Positions 23,503 to 39,190 of a DNA stretch of 64,000 nt are shown piece after piece. This DNA comes from the human T2T-CHM13v2.0 reference genome, Homo sapiens. A program made the translations under genes and the position numbers. The stretch lies in NCBI RefSeq assembly GCF_009914755.1, contig NC_060936.1; one strand, 5' to 3'. Under the pieces are notes generated by a model. That model was not told where the DNA came from. It ran no database searches and worked only from the letters and a program-made list of their open reading frames with translations. How positions within the stretch are numbered: position 1 is the first letter of the stretch; the number at the start of each line of letters is the position of its first letter.

Positions 23503-23546
23503 AAAAAGAGACTAGACACGATAGATCTTGTAAAAGGTATCTATTA

Positions 23547-23880
<334 letters not shown>

Positions 23881-24269
23881 CCGTAAAAGTACTAAGTGCA
23901 ATGTAGTGTCCTGTGTTGGATCTTGGAACAGAAAAAATGACACTAGTCGAAAAAATTGGTAAAATTGGAATAAAATCTGGAGTTTAGTAAATAAATAAGC
24001 TAACAACGCCGTTAAGTGTGACGTGTTTCCATACCATCGCTTTCCTACCATCCTAGCTTCCCTATCTACTGTAGGAATAGAGGATATGGTGTTCAAGGTG
24101 GGTGTTTTTCTCCGCCTCGATTGAAGAGCTTCGCGCTCTTTGGATTAACAGCCAGGTCATTCACAATTCAGTGTTCAGTTTTTCTATTGGGGTCCAGCGT
24201 CTCGGAGTAACATCCCTTTGTGTCATGGATACATCCAACTCTGGACTTCCCCATTAGATTCTGGCAAAA

Positions 24270-25620
24270 GCCCCACCAGAGCCCCCGCCAGAGCCAGAAG
24301 GCGGTCCCTCAGGTCAGGAAGGGGTTTTCCTGCCGCCGGAGCCGCGACCTCGGCTAGCGGTGGAGCGGGGCTTCGGCGGAGGGAGGTGCGGGGCCTCGGC
24401 GGAGGGAGGTGCCGGGGGCGCCGCCCACGGCCTCCTGGGCTCGGCGCGCGGGGCCGGGCTGCGGTTGGCCACAAGAGGCATCCATCTTCCCGGACCAGCC
24501 AGGCGTTTCCTAGCGGAGCAGGGGCGGGAGCTTGGACGGAGAAGGGCACAGGCCGGAGCGCGGTCCGCTCCCGCGAGCCTGGCCCCGCCTGGCGGAGCCC
24601 CGAGGAGCCACCGCCCGCAGATCGCTAGCCGGGCGCCCGCGAGGCGCGAGCCGTGTGCGCACCCTCAACTTTGCTGCCGCCGGGGGCGCGGCTCCCGCGT
24701 GCGTGTGCGAGTGTGCCTGTCACTAGCGGCCTCCTGGGGGCAGCAGCGGAAAGGGGGACGCAGAGAAAGGCAGCCTCGGCGCACCGCGGCCAGGGAGGCA
24801 GAGGCCCCTCGCGGCGCCGGCTCTGGAGACCTAAACTCCGCCGGGGCTGTGCCCAGGGCGCGTCTGAGCGTCGCCGCCTTCACCCTCTCAGCAGCAGCGG
24901 GGACTCGCGTCAGGACTGCGATTCCTTTCGCCTGCCGAGCTGTAGCGGCAGTGTCTGCGGGCAGAGGAGCGGCGGCCGTGGCAGCAGCATCCCCAGCCCG
25001 GGCGGGACCCTTGAGCGCCGGAGCCGACAGCTGGAGGCAGGAAGGGAGGGTTGTGGCGCCCGAGCTGGGCGCGTTCCCAGCGCCTGCCCTCCGCCGCTGG
25101 CCCTGTCCCGGGCGCCCGGTGCGGGTCTCGAACAATGGTGCGGAGCGCCGGCGCGAGCCCCGCGCCCGCCCAGCGGCCGTAGAGGAAGTGGCCGGGCTCC
25201 CGGCGAGGTGGGCAGGGAGACGTCCCCCGCCACTCGCTGGCTGGAGTTTGCCTGCGCGTCCGGCCTCTCCCCCGGGGATCCCCTGGGATTACCGACGGAG
25301 CTCAATTTCGAGAGTATGGTGCCAGCGCCCGGGCTAATCTAGTCCTCTCTACTCGCTCTTTTTCCCCTCCTCCTCCTACTTCTCCTCTCCCTCCTCCCTT
25401 CCCTCGGGTCGGCGCTGCCTCTGGATTGCCTGCGTGTGGGAGTACAACTCTGCCTCTCCAAGGAGAACGGGTTGTGACCACTGAACAAAACTTGCCCATT
25501 GAAAGCAAACCCGGAACAGCTGGATAATGTCCACCCCGAGCCGATTCAAGAAGGACAAAGAGATCATAGCCGAGTATGAAAGTCAAGTCAAAGGTAAGGA
25601 TGGGAGCGGCTGCCTTGCTC
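24270..25620. promoter_or_regulatory. SRGAP1: CpG island / promoter of SRGAP1
   Basis: Very GC- and CpG-dense, repeat-free, directly upstream of the first coding exon; GC box GGGGCGGGA (~24521), ETS core AGGAAGTG (~25183), CTCF-like CCTCCTGGGGGCAG (24730-24743). Confidence 0.92.
25527..25593 (+). CDS. SRGAP1: SLIT-ROBO Rho GTPase-activating protein 1, first coding exon (start of F-BAR domain)
   Basis: ataATG TCC ACC CCG AGC CGA..GTC AAA G|gtaagg = MSTPSRFKKDKEIIAEYESQVK + 1 nt, matching the SRGAP1 N-terminus; in-frame upstream TGA at 25500; canonical donor. Confidence 0.96.
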
Positions 25621-27759
25621 CTTTTGTGTGCCTTCTTGTCATTGTGCTCGTGGAGTTGCGTATCTAACTTGGTGTCTGCGTGGGAGGAAGGTGGTGAGGG
25701 GACAGCTCGAGCCCTGTCTGAGCCACCTGGGCTTCCTACAAGCCAGTTAGTTCCCAGTTGCAATCCCAGTCCCGTCAAACCCACGGGGAGCTGGAAACTG
25801 GGTGACTTCCCCCGCCAGCTGCCAGCCCGCATCTCTAATGGGGAGAGAACTGGCTTTAACTTAACCACCTTCAGCTGGGCAACTTATGTGGGAAGCAGGC
25901 AGCAGTGGAGGATCCTGTCCAGCTATTATTATCACCATCATTATTCTTTTTAAATGGTAGGATTGTCACTACGTAATTTTTTTACGGAATGATTTTTGTA
26001 AAGTCTGTGAACCCCAAGCGGTCTACAGCCTCATTGAGTGCAGGCTATTTCAGATATTTACACCACTCACCTATTTACACCGCTCACAATTTATTAGGGC
26101 GAGACCCCTTTTATTAAATAGCTCCCTAAAAGCCTGGCAGTTAAACGAAGCAGTGACTAGTGGAATCTGACTCTTCCTTTATAATGGGCCAGAATTCATT
26201 GCCATCTTTCACACTCACATGGGAATATTGCTTTATCATTTTCTGGAAGCCACTTGCATGTAAAATGAAGGTTTGAATATTTGAGTAGTAGTTTCAGTCC
26301 ATTTACATTGTCAACTAATGAAGGAAACCTAATTAAGGCTGATTATTTTTACTTTCTATGCCTTGTGATTAAAAATATATATATTTTCTCTCCAATACAA
26401 GTATTTTGTTTTGTTACTGAAGTGTTTCGTAAACATATGTGTTACTTGAATTTTTTCCTCCTCTTTCCTGAGGTCTCAGGAGTAGCTTTCCTGATTGAGA
26501 CAATGGATGGAATGTTGGGACCGCCACTGTTCTTTGACACATTCAATGCAAAGTTCATAAAGATTGCTATGTATACACCTGTGTTTATCTATGCACAGTC
26601 TTATGAAAGGGCTACGGAGAGAGGCATTACTGTACTTCCCTTGAGCAAGGGAGGAGCAGCCTGAGTGTTCTTTTGTGTGGTCAAGTTGTAAAAATGCCTG
26701 GAGTCCTGTGAGAGGACCTGGTGGAGAAATCCTGTATCATCCAGTGTGAATACAGACCAACTCATTGTGGACACTGCAGACACAATATGCAAGATAACTT
26801 AGGTTATCTTTAGGAGGACCCCTATAATGGAGTTATCTATAGGCTGACCCCTATAATGTGTTCAGGAGACACAGATTTTTGTCTGCTTGGAATTGTGATA
26901 ATTTATACTTACAGGAACTTGTTTCATTGCTATGGAAGTTGTGTTAGCAGATAAGTAATTATTTTCTTAGAGCCAGGTAAACTTTCTAATGAGACTAACC
27001 TTTCTTTTTTCAGTGAGTCCAACATAGCCTAAAACCTTTCATTCCAGGGCAGTACTCTTGTTCACAACCACCATTTCTCTGTGCAGTTTTTCCACATGGC
27101 TCTTTGTGGCAGGTCTTCAAGGGGTGGCGGTCTGGTTTTTCTGCCGCCTAGAGCACTAATTGGCAAATGCACTTCCAAATGTTGATTTCTTTATGTTTGC
27201 TGTAAGGTCACTTGCCAGTGATCAAGTCCTTATTTGAAAATCAGCGAAATGGGATGTGTTGCAATGTGTCTATCAAATTCAAACGGAAGAAAAATCATGA
27301 ACATGGTGAAAATCACATTTGGAGCTAAGTCTGTCCCACAGAGAATGACCTTCTCCCTATTTCCTTCAACACTTCTTCCTTCCACACACCCACGAGTCCC
27401 TAGGCTGCTTTAGGAGTCTTCACTGCACCTGCCCTGCCCTGAGTCCAGGCTTTACCTCCTCCTGCAGTACCTACACATCCAGTATCTAACCTAGATCACT
27501 ACATCCATACACAAACATGGGAATAAGGGAATATCATGGAGTCAGATCATATACGCATTAAATGGCACAAATTCACCTGGTACTTCTAGGCAAATCAAGA
27601 AGAGAGTGGGAGACAAATAACAGATAAATAGTACATGAGGCCAGCTGTCCAATGCAGGGAGAGTAGGCCCCTTAGTAAGGACAGCATGGGAGACAAGACT
27701 GGTTTTTCTGTACCCTCGCAGAGTGCTAGTCTGTTATTTACAGGTATGTGTTTTGGGAT

Positions 27760-28052
27760 CAGGTGCAGTGGTGCATGCCTGTAATCTCCGCATTTCAGGA
27801 GGCTGAGGCAGGCGGATCACTTGGGGTTAGGGGTTCAAGACCAGCCTGGCCAACATTTTGGTAGAGAAACCACATCTTTACCAAAAAATACAAAAATTAG
27901 CTAGGTGTGGTGGCACACACCTGTGGTCCCAGTGTGCCTGTGGTTCCACTTGAACCCAGGAGGCAGAGGTTACAGTGAGCCGAAATCACATCACTGCACT
28001 CCAGTCTGGGTGACAGAGTGAGACTCTGTCTAATAAATAAATAAATAAATAA
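27760..28052 (+). mobile_element. Alu with (TAAA)n tail
   Basis: Dimer, internal duplication/deletion at ~27920. Confidence 0.9.
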
Positions 28053-28181
28053 AGGTATATGTATTTGGAACAAACTACTTTTTAAATTACAGTCAGCAAC
28101 TTTATCTGATGATAAAAAAAAATTCTGTTCTATTGCTAAAGGAAAACCTGACTGTGTGGGACTCATTAAGACATAAGTCTA

Positions 28182-28502
<321 letters not shown>

Positions 28503-28665
28503 TTAGGTGTGTGGGTGATTTCAAGAGTCATTTTGATTATATGTATTTTTTTTTCTACCTTCTAACTTAGAACCTAACACTCTAGAATATTTTCCCCTGT
28601 TACTCTCTCCCATTTTCCCTAATAACAACTTTATTTATCTCAGAATTTTTGAGATAATGTTTTGA

Positions 28666-29124
<459 letters not shown>

Positions 29125-29256
29125 TAATTTTATGTATAAGATCATAGATGTATCTAGTTGTGTGTATCATTTTGGGCAAGTCACTTAGCCTTTCTCTGGG
29201 TTTCGGTTTTCTTATCTATAAGATAAGGAGTTGGAATTCTCTTCATCTTAAGTGTC

Positions 29257-29428
29257 TTTTTTTTTTCTTTTTGAGACAGAGTCTCACTCTGTCACCCAAG
29301 CTGGAGTGCAGTGACACGATCTCTGCTCTCTGAAGCCTCTGCCTTCCGGTTTCAAGTGATTCTCATGCCTCAGCCTCCTGAGTAGCTGGAAATACAAGCG
29401 TGCACCACCATGCCTGACTAATTTTTGT
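29257..29428 (-). mobile_element. Alu right arm
   Basis: TSD TAAGTGTCTTT. Confidence 0.88.
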
Positions 29429-31139
29429 AATCCTAAGTGTCTTTGAATCTAATTGAAGATGTCATATCAGTTCATATTAATTGCCTCATAAAATTTTCAA
29501 GCTTTTAAAGTTTTCAGTTGGCTGCTCTGTTTTGTGGAGAATCATTTTTGCTTTCACTTTTTTTTCATAAGTTCATGGACAGTGTATAAATTGAGTTTTT
29601 GGAGAATTAAAATAGAATACAATAAAGAATACAGAAAAAACAGTAATCAAAACCACATGCAGAGAAATGTAGCACAGAATTGTAAGACAGAAGAATCAGG
29701 AATGATACAAGTGGTTAAACAGTGGATAGGTTTAAATGGGGGACAAAAGGGGACCCCAGGCAACAGTTTTAAAGAATGAATTGAACATTTCATGCCTCTT
29801 GGTCAAATTCTCAAAGACTTAGAATTAAGAGAAATAAATCTCTTGTTTGAATAGGCCATTAGAAAGCAAGCATGTCTGGAAAAGTGTATGAAACCCAAAC
29901 CAGTTGACTATGCTATTTGTTAGCATCTCTGGCAAATAGCGTAGCAGTGGAAGGGATTGAATAATTGGCTAGCAGAAGGTTTTGAATTATCTGTGGACTT
30001 TAGTGATCTATGTAATTCTTGTATTCTGCAGCAAAAATATTGTGGAGCTACACATATGGGAACAATAAAGACTCATAAAGACATGTTTTATGAAGTGGAA
30101 CTTATAGATGAGAGGCTGTGTTTGTTTTTAATAATGCATGTTGCTAGTTGCTAAGAATTGACAGTTATTATTTGTAGTATTTTCCTAGAGATAGCACCAT
30201 ATTTATCTACATGGAATATGTACAGGGAGTGCCAAGAAAATCTGTTGTTCTTTGACCACTCTGCAGCCTGACATACAAATAATACATTTTAGTAGCAGAT
30301 GGAACATGAGGAAATGCCAATTTGATTTGGTATGGCCCTGCATCATGCCATAGCAATATGGAACCTGTGTCTGCATCTTACATTCTTTCTTCAACATAGA
30401 ATAGGAAGTGACAGCAATTTAAGTTATGAATTAAAACTTTATAGCTGGGAGGGACTTTTAACATTTTTTCTCCAACCCACTCATTACATGATGCAGGGAG
30501 GCTTAATGACAGAGTTGCACAATTAAGACGTACCTGGGACCAGAACCCAGGTTATCTTCTTTTCAGTAGCGATAATTCACTTGTAGATTCCTCACATAGT
30601 AGATATCTAAATAGGAGATAGAACAGTTACCTATTGAGACTTTACATTCATTGAAGGAGTCATTGTTGGAACTAAGAGAGCAAGGAAACCGTCGTCTGTG
30701 AACAGGAGTTAATTACATTGATTAACTCTAACCAAGTTGTTTTTTTCACCAGGACCATTTTAAGAGACCACAATACCCAGGCAGCAGCTTCACAGGGTGG
30801 CCTTTAAGGTCTAGAAAAACAACATGGTTAATATGTACAAATATGATTTGCCTGATGTTTTGGTGAAGCTGATTGCGCTACTGCAACAAGGCCTTTACAG
30901 TGCCCTGAAAACCCGGTTAGTTTCATGAACTTCAGAATATATTAAGGGATAGTTTTGGAGAAAATTTTGAGCAAAGCATGACCTTCTGAAACACATGAGG
31001 GCTGGATTATAATACAGGGTAGTAAATCTCAGCTCTGACAATCTATATTGGTTTGTTTACTCCTGTGCTATGTTGACCAGTTTAGGAGCCAGACAGCTTC
31101 AAGTCTGTTCTAGGTTTTAGAGTCTTTGTAAATTGGCCA

Positions 31140-31432
31140 ATTTTTTTTTTTTTTTCTTCAAGACAGGATCTTGCTTTGTCACCCAGGCTGCAGTGCAGTG
31201 GGTGAACAAGGCTCACTGCAGCCTTGACCTCCTGGGCTCAAGCGATTCTTCTGCCTCAGCACCCCAAGTAGCTGGGAATATAGGTACACACCACCATACC
31301 TGGCTATTTTTTTTTTTTTTTTTTGTAAAGATAGGGTTTCGCCATGTTGCCCAGACTGGTCTCAAACTCCTGAGCTCCTGCCTCAGCCTCCCAAAGTGCT
31401 GGGATAATTGGCATGAGCCACCATGCCCGGCC
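31140..31432 (-). mobile_element. Alu
   Basis: Reverse Alu consensus. Confidence 0.9.
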
Positions 31433-31543
31433 AAGGAGAGACAGCTTAAAAAATTTTATTCATGCTACCTATTTTCACTTCAATTCAAACAACTAACAAA
31501 ATAAAGAAAAGGGAATAAATTGTTTGTCTAATTAGTCTATTTA

Positions 31544-31894
<351 letters not shown>

Positions 31895-32020
31895 TTATGT
31901 AAAGGTAATTTTGTCAGCTCAGAACTACTTTCTAATTTATTGACAGCATTATCTACTCTCCCCTGTTGATATGTTAGACTGGGAAGAAACAGAACATGGT
32001 ATTTAAAACCAGGAACTCTG

Positions 32021-32168
32021 GGCCAAGCACGGTGGCTCACACCTGTAATCTCAGCACTTTGGGAGGCAGAGATGGAAGGATCATTTGAGACCAGGAGTTC
32101 GAGACCAGCCTGGTCAACATGGCGAGACACCATCTCTAATTTTTAAAAAATAAATAAATAATAAAAAA
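32021..32168 (+). mobile_element. Alu monomer (FLAM-like)
   Basis: TSD AAAACCAGGAACT. Confidence 0.88.
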
Positions 32169-32284
32169 CCAGGAACTTCGGTGTTAGCAGTCTAGCCTTG
32201 TCACTGATTAGTTGTGTGATCTCTAAGAGTCAATTTCTTCATCTGTAAAATAGGGATAATAGTAGTACTTACCTTGTTGTCTTC

Positions 32285-32576
32285 TTTTCTTTCTTTCTTT
32301 CTTTTTTTTTTTTTTTAGACCGAGTCTTGCTCTGTCACCCAGGCTGGAGTGCAGTGGCGGGACTCTCAGGTTCAAGTGATCCTCCCACATCAGCCTCCCA
32401 AGTAGCTAGGATTACAGGCATGCACCCCCATGCCCAGCTAATTTTTTTGTATTTTTGGTAGAGACAGAGTTTTACTGTGTTGGCCAGGCTGGTCTCGAAC
32501 TCCTGACCTCAAGCAATCCACCTGCCTCAGCTTCCCCAAGTGCTGGGATTACAGGTGTGAGCCACTGCATCTGGCC
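32285..32576 (-). mobile_element. Alu
   Basis: TSD CCTTGTTGTCTT. Confidence 0.9.
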
Positions 32577-32697
32577 TCCTTGTTGTCTTTGTGAGATTGC
32601 AGTGAGGAAAACATTTATCACAGGCTTGGCACATAATAGTCAACAAATGTTAGTCATTGTTATCTCTTTAATGCTGGTTTTCTTTCTATCTACTGTA

Positions 32698-33004
32698 TTT
32701 ATTTATTTATTTTTGAGACAGGGTCTCGCTCTGTTGCTCAGGCTGGAGCACAGTGGCCCAATCTCGGCTCAGCTCACTGCAGCCTCAACCTCCCCAGGCT
32801 CAGGTGATCCTGCCACCTCAGCCTCCTGTGTAGCTGGGACTATAGGCGCCTGCCATCACGCCTGATTTTTGTATTTTTTGTAGAGACGGGTTTTGGCCAT
32901 GTTGCCCAGGCTGGTTTCAAACTCCCAAACTCAAGTGATCCACCTGCTTGAGCCTTGGGCCTCCCAAAGTGCTGGGATTACAGGCATGAGCCACCTCGCC
33001 CAGC
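32698..33004 (-). mobile_element. Alu
   Basis: Reverse Alu consensus. Confidence 0.9.
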
Positions 33005-33705
33005 ATGTTGTTCTATCTGCTGTATCTTGTTGCATTCTGATTTAGATAGGTTTTTTGAAATTCAAATACGTAATCACTAGTCTTTTTACCAGAATGAATT
33101 CCAAAGTGGACTAATCTTGAATTATCCTAAGAGAGTGCCATGTGCTTTTAGAGTGGAGTGGGTTTCATGGTGGAATTTAAAAGGGAAATAGAATAGACAA
33201 TGCATACAGATTCCCAGCTCATTATAAGGTGGATTTTATATTTTGTCATTATTTTTCATGCAAGTGCAAGTAACAAAGCCTAAAAGCACATTCCTGGCCC
33301 TGGGCTGCCACGTATTTAAGAATAACTTTTGTTTTAAATTGTCTCTACCTCTGTTCAGTGATGCTGTATGGAAAATGAAAACTGTAGTTCAGTCAGTGGA
33401 TTTGACTTACCTGTGGGTGAAAAAGATTCTTATGACATCAGATAAAGTCACTGCCTTAATCTCATAGTCTTGAGAAAAGTATTTTCTTTTAAAATCAATG
33501 TAGGAATGAAAATTCCACTTATGACTGCTAATTTGCTTCTGTTTCACTAGAAAGCACTTTGATATTAGAAATCATTGTCTGTGCATCTCCCACACGCTTT
33601 AGTACAGGGCCTCATTAAACATTTATTACATGAGAAGAGGAATAATTTGGAATAATAATTCCTTTATACTGCAAATAAGCATGGTGATCATTCAGAATTA
33701 TCTAG

Positions 33706-34046
<341 letters not shown>

Positions 34047-35701
34047 TAAGTTGAATTCAAATGGTTTATAATTTCTTTAGAAAGTCACTCAGCTGGAAAC
34101 ATTCTAAATGTCCAACAGTGGGGAATGGTTAACTAAATTCCACTGGTAAATTGTTAACTAACTGTATACATGCAATGTTATGCAGTCTTTACCACTGGTT
34201 TTTGAAGAACATTTTATGATGTGGTTAATTGTTTTTATAATAATTGAAGAAAGACTGTAAAATGGAAGGTGAAATAATAATTAAAGATAATCATAACCAG
34301 AGCTAACAGTATTGAGCACCTACAGTGAGCCAGTCACCATTGCTTTGCATGGGCACCATGAGGGATACACTGAGTTGTGTATGTGCAAAACAAGCTGCAA
34401 TGCACGGGAGGAGGAATTTCTGCTTAACTTTCCTATTTAGTATAGTTAGTACTTTCTGTGTCTTTGGGCCACAGTATACCTGGCCTTTGGTAAATTTTCA
34501 GGCTAAATGTAAGAATCTGACTTTCAACTCCACCCTCCTTGAGTACAGGAGTGGGCAAGGTAAATCCAAGCAAAGCTTAGCCTCTGGATTGAACCTCTGA
34601 TAATCAGATTTGTCCATGGGACAACCAAATTTCTCATTTGTTTACAACTCATTTATATACTTTGGTTTTTCCTTGCTTTGAGCTTAGTTGGCATGTGTGT
34701 TTGGGAGAGCAAGCTTGCTTCTTTGCTTGCTTGCTTTGTGAAATATACATACAAACAGGTACAGAAAATGATTATTTACAGTTTAAAGAATAGTAGCTTT
34801 GAATACTTCAGTGCTAGCCACCCAGGTTAAGAAAGAAACATTACCAGTGCCTTAGAAACCCCCATGGAATGTCCCTTTCCTAGCAAATCTCCCTTCATTC
34901 CCACTGCCACTCTTAGTATTAATAATTCCTTTGTTTTCTGTAAAGCTTTACTGTCATTTTGTAGCTTTCTTTATAGTTTTGATTAGGATGCATTCATATA
35001 TCAAGAATATAGGGCCATTTGAACACTTTCTGAATTTTTAATAATATTGATGAATTGGTGTAAATTTTAAAAATTGGAATAGTAGTGTTTTGGCATGTAT
35101 AACAAATCTTTATCTTTTAAAGATACATGCTGAGTAATAATGGATGAAATTAGGACATCTGGGATTTTCTTGAAAGTAATCTTGGGGAGGGAAGAAATAC
35201 GTAGGGATACAGATAAAATACAAAATGAATTGATAATCCGTGGGTGCACGAGGTTAATTATATTATTCTCTTTATTTTTGCATATGCTTGAAATTTTCCC
35301 TAATAAAAAATTAATAATATGTATTCTTATGACTTCAATTTTATACTCAATATTATTATGTTAAGATTAATCTACCTTAATGTATGCAACTATAATTTCA
35401 CTGCCACACTGTGTGCTTTCTCTGGTGCATAATATTCCAGTGCATAAAAAATACTACAAGCTATTGATTCATTCTATATGACATTTGAATTATTTATAGT
35501 TTTTTTGCTATCATGAATAGTAATAGTGTATAAAATGCTGTAGGTGTCTCCTGATGTATACGTACAAGAAGAGTTTCTCTAGGTGTACTTGCTGGGTCAC
35601 TGGGAATGTGCATGTTCATCTTTACCAGGTAATGTCAAACCTTTCTCTTATTAGCAGGGGAGGAGAGTTCCACAGCCTGAAAAACACTTAGCATTGAGCA
35701 A

Positions 35702-36170
35702 TGTGCTAGTTAAAGAAGAGGCTAAGCTGTTATAATAAAGAGAACCCCCCAAACAGTGACTTTAAACTAGAGAGATTTTTTTCTTTCTCGGGTAACAGAC
35801 TGGAGATGTCCAATCCAGGCCAGCAGGACATCTTTGCCCCATTATTAAGTTTCCTTCCATCTTGTGGTTCTGCCATTACCTAGATAAATGAACTTGTCTA
35901 CTCTTTGAAACCAGATTTTAAGTATTTCAGTGTTTCAGCTTGTAGGAAGGAAAATCAGCCTTAAGGAGCACATGTCCACGGTTTTCAAACCCAGCCCTTA
36001 CTAGTACACATAATTTCCACTTACTTAACCAGTGGGAACTTAGTTACATGGCCACATCTTGCTGCAAGGGAAGCTGGGAAATATAGTCTCTCTGGATGGC
36101 CCTGTTTCTAATTATAACTTGATGGTCACAGCATGAAAGAAGAGATTTTGGTGAACAAGCAGCAGTCAAC
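35702..36170 (-). mobile_element. Old MLT1 MaLR LTR
   Basis: TAGTTACATGGCCACATCTTGCTGCAAGGGAAGCTGGGAAATATAGTC motif. Confidence 0.7.
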
Positions 36171-36182
36171 ATGAAAAATGGT

Positions 36183-36219
<37 letters not shown>

Positions 36220-36496
36220 AGAGTCTCACTCTATCAGCCAGGCTAGGGTGCAGTGGCACCATCTCTATGGCTCACTGCAACCTCCACCTCCCAAGTTCAG
36301 GCAATTCTCATGCCTCAGCTTCCCAAGTAGGGACTACAGGCGTGCACCACCACACCCGGCTGATTTTTGTATTTTTTAGTAGAGACGGAGTTCCACCATG
36401 TTGCCCAGGCTGGTCTTGAACTCCTGGGCTCAAGTGATTGCCCTCCTTGGCCTTCCAAAGTGCTGGGATTACAGGCGTGAGCCACCATGCCCAGCC
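36183..36496 (-). mobile_element. Alu
   Basis: Reverse Alu consensus. Confidence 0.92.
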
Positions 36497-36684
36497 AGAA
36501 TTATTTTCTCTTCCTTTTTATTTTTAATTTTTGTGGGTACACAGTAGGTGTGTATATCTTATTGATTTGTGAGTTTTGTTTTGTTTTAGTATGTTCGTGA
36601 TGTTAGTCTCTTGCCAGTTATATCTGTTGCAAATATCTGCTCCCAGTCTGTAGCTTGTGTTTTCACTTTTAAAAAGATCCTCTA

Positions 36685-36961
36685 GGCTGGGCTTGGTGGC
36701 TCATGCCTGTAATCCCAGCACTTTGGGAAGCTGAGGCAGGTGGATCACCTGAGGTCAGGAATTTGAGATCAGCCTGGCCAACATGGCAAAACGCCATCTC
36801 TACTAAAAATACAAAAATTAGCTGGGCATGGTGGCAGGCGCTGGTAATCCCAGCTCCTTGGGAGGCTGAGGCAGGAGAATCATCTCAACCCAGGAGGTGG
36901 GGATGAGCCAAGATCGCACCATTGCACTCCAGCCTGGGCAACAAGAGCGAAACTCCGTCTC

Positions 36962-37004
<43 letters not shown>

Positions 37005-37006
37005 AA
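36685..37006 (+). mobile_element. Alu with (TAAA)n tail
   Basis: TSD AAAAGATCCTCT. Confidence 0.93.
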
Positions 37007-37729
37007 AGATCCTCTTAATAAATAGAAGTTGTTCATTTTTAATCTGTTCACATGTATCAATTATTTATATTTGGTGTTTAAATAATCCTTCCCCACTCTA
37101 AAGTCAGGAAGATACCTGTCTGTGTCATCTTCTAAATGTTGTAAAATTTTGCTTTCGGCGTATGTTTTTAATTCATCTGAAGTTTTTTATTTTGTGTGAG
37201 CTAGGAATTTTGTTAAAGTTCTTTTCATTTAAATGACCTTTCTTGGGTTCCATGTGCTAATAGTCTTTTTGAAGAAATGATATGCTAGCTGCTTCTGTTT
37301 TGATGAAAGTTTCACATACGCAAAACTCTATTTTTGGACACTCTATTGTGTTCCGTTGGTTAATTTATTCTTGCACCAATACCAATCACACTATCTTAAC
37401 TACTATAGCTTTGTAATAAGTCTTTATGTCTGGTAAGCTAAATCTTCCTTCTGTCTTCTTTTTCAGAAGTATCTTCTGATCTTGCTCCTTTCTCTTCCAA
37501 GTAAATTTTAGAATTAGTTGGCCTTCCATTGAAAACACATTGGCATTTTGATTGGAATTGCGTGAAATTATAAATCAGTTAGGGAAGAATTGGCATCTAT
37601 ATATTAGTTCTTCCTACCTGTGAATATGAGTATTCCTCCATTTATTTAGTTGTTTTAAAATATCTTTGTGTAAAGTTTTATGCTTTTGATATTTTTGTTT
37701 AGATTTATATCAGGATGCTATTTTTATGA

Positions 37730-38432
<703 letters not shown>

Positions 38433-38887
38433 TCAAAGAATTTTTTCCCTTGTTTGGTAAAAAAAACACTCATTATTTATAAATAAAGATGATTTTATTT
38501 TCTCATTTATAAGCCCTATGGATTTATTTTTCTTATATTTTTGCCCTAGGCAGAATTTCCAGTACAAAATTAGTGAAAGTGCCAACCTTGGCATTCTTGT
38601 TTTCCATTGAGAAAGGAATGCTTTCAGGCCCCTCCTCCCTTGAAGAATGATGGTTGTTTTCAGTTTATTATAGATACTCTTTAATAGGTAAAGTGCAAAT
38701 CTTTTGTATTCTTTGCTTACTTGAAGTTTTAATCATTAATAGGTGGTTGAATGTTACCTTCTTTTTCTTTTTGAATCTGTTGATATTATGTTTTTTCTTC
38801 TTTACTCTGTTAATGTGATGAGTAATATTTATAGATTTCCTAATATTTAACCTTCTTTGCATTAAGGCTATCTTCGTTGTATTTTGT

Positions 38888-38926
38888 GTGTGGTGTGTGT
38901 GTGTGTGTGTGTGTCTGTCTGTCTGT
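38888..38926. repeat. (GT)n/(GTCT)n microsatellite
   Basis: Direct reading. Confidence 0.9.
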
Positions 38927-39059
38927 ATACACCGTTGGATTCAGTTTGCTAATATCTAGTATTTTTGTCTTTAAATTCTTGGGAAAAAAACAGACCTATG
39001 ATTTTACTTTTTAATAATGTCGCTGTCTATGTTTTTTTTTTGGAGGGGAGGGTGGGGAG

Positions 39060-39190
39060 ATGGGGCTTCACTTTGCTGCCCAGGCTGGTCTTGAATTCCT
39101 GGACTCAGAGAATTCCTGGGCTCAAACAATCCTCCTGCCTCGGCCTTTCAAAGTGCTGGGATTACAGGCATAGAGCCATCAAGCCTGACC
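39060..39190 (-). mobile_element. Alu monomer
   Basis: Reverse left-monomer consensus. Confidence 0.8.

Noticed and set aside
24218-25342. Long overlapping ORFs (up to 325 aa) on both strands of the CpG island
   Set aside because: Ala/Arg/Gly/Pro low-complexity frames are expected from stop-codon scarcity in GC-rich DNA; mostly non-ATG starts, no recognisable domain.
25316-25342. Short upstream ORF ATGGTGCCA..TAG before SRGAP1
   Set aside because: The TSS cannot be placed from sequence, so it is unknown whether it lies in the mRNA.
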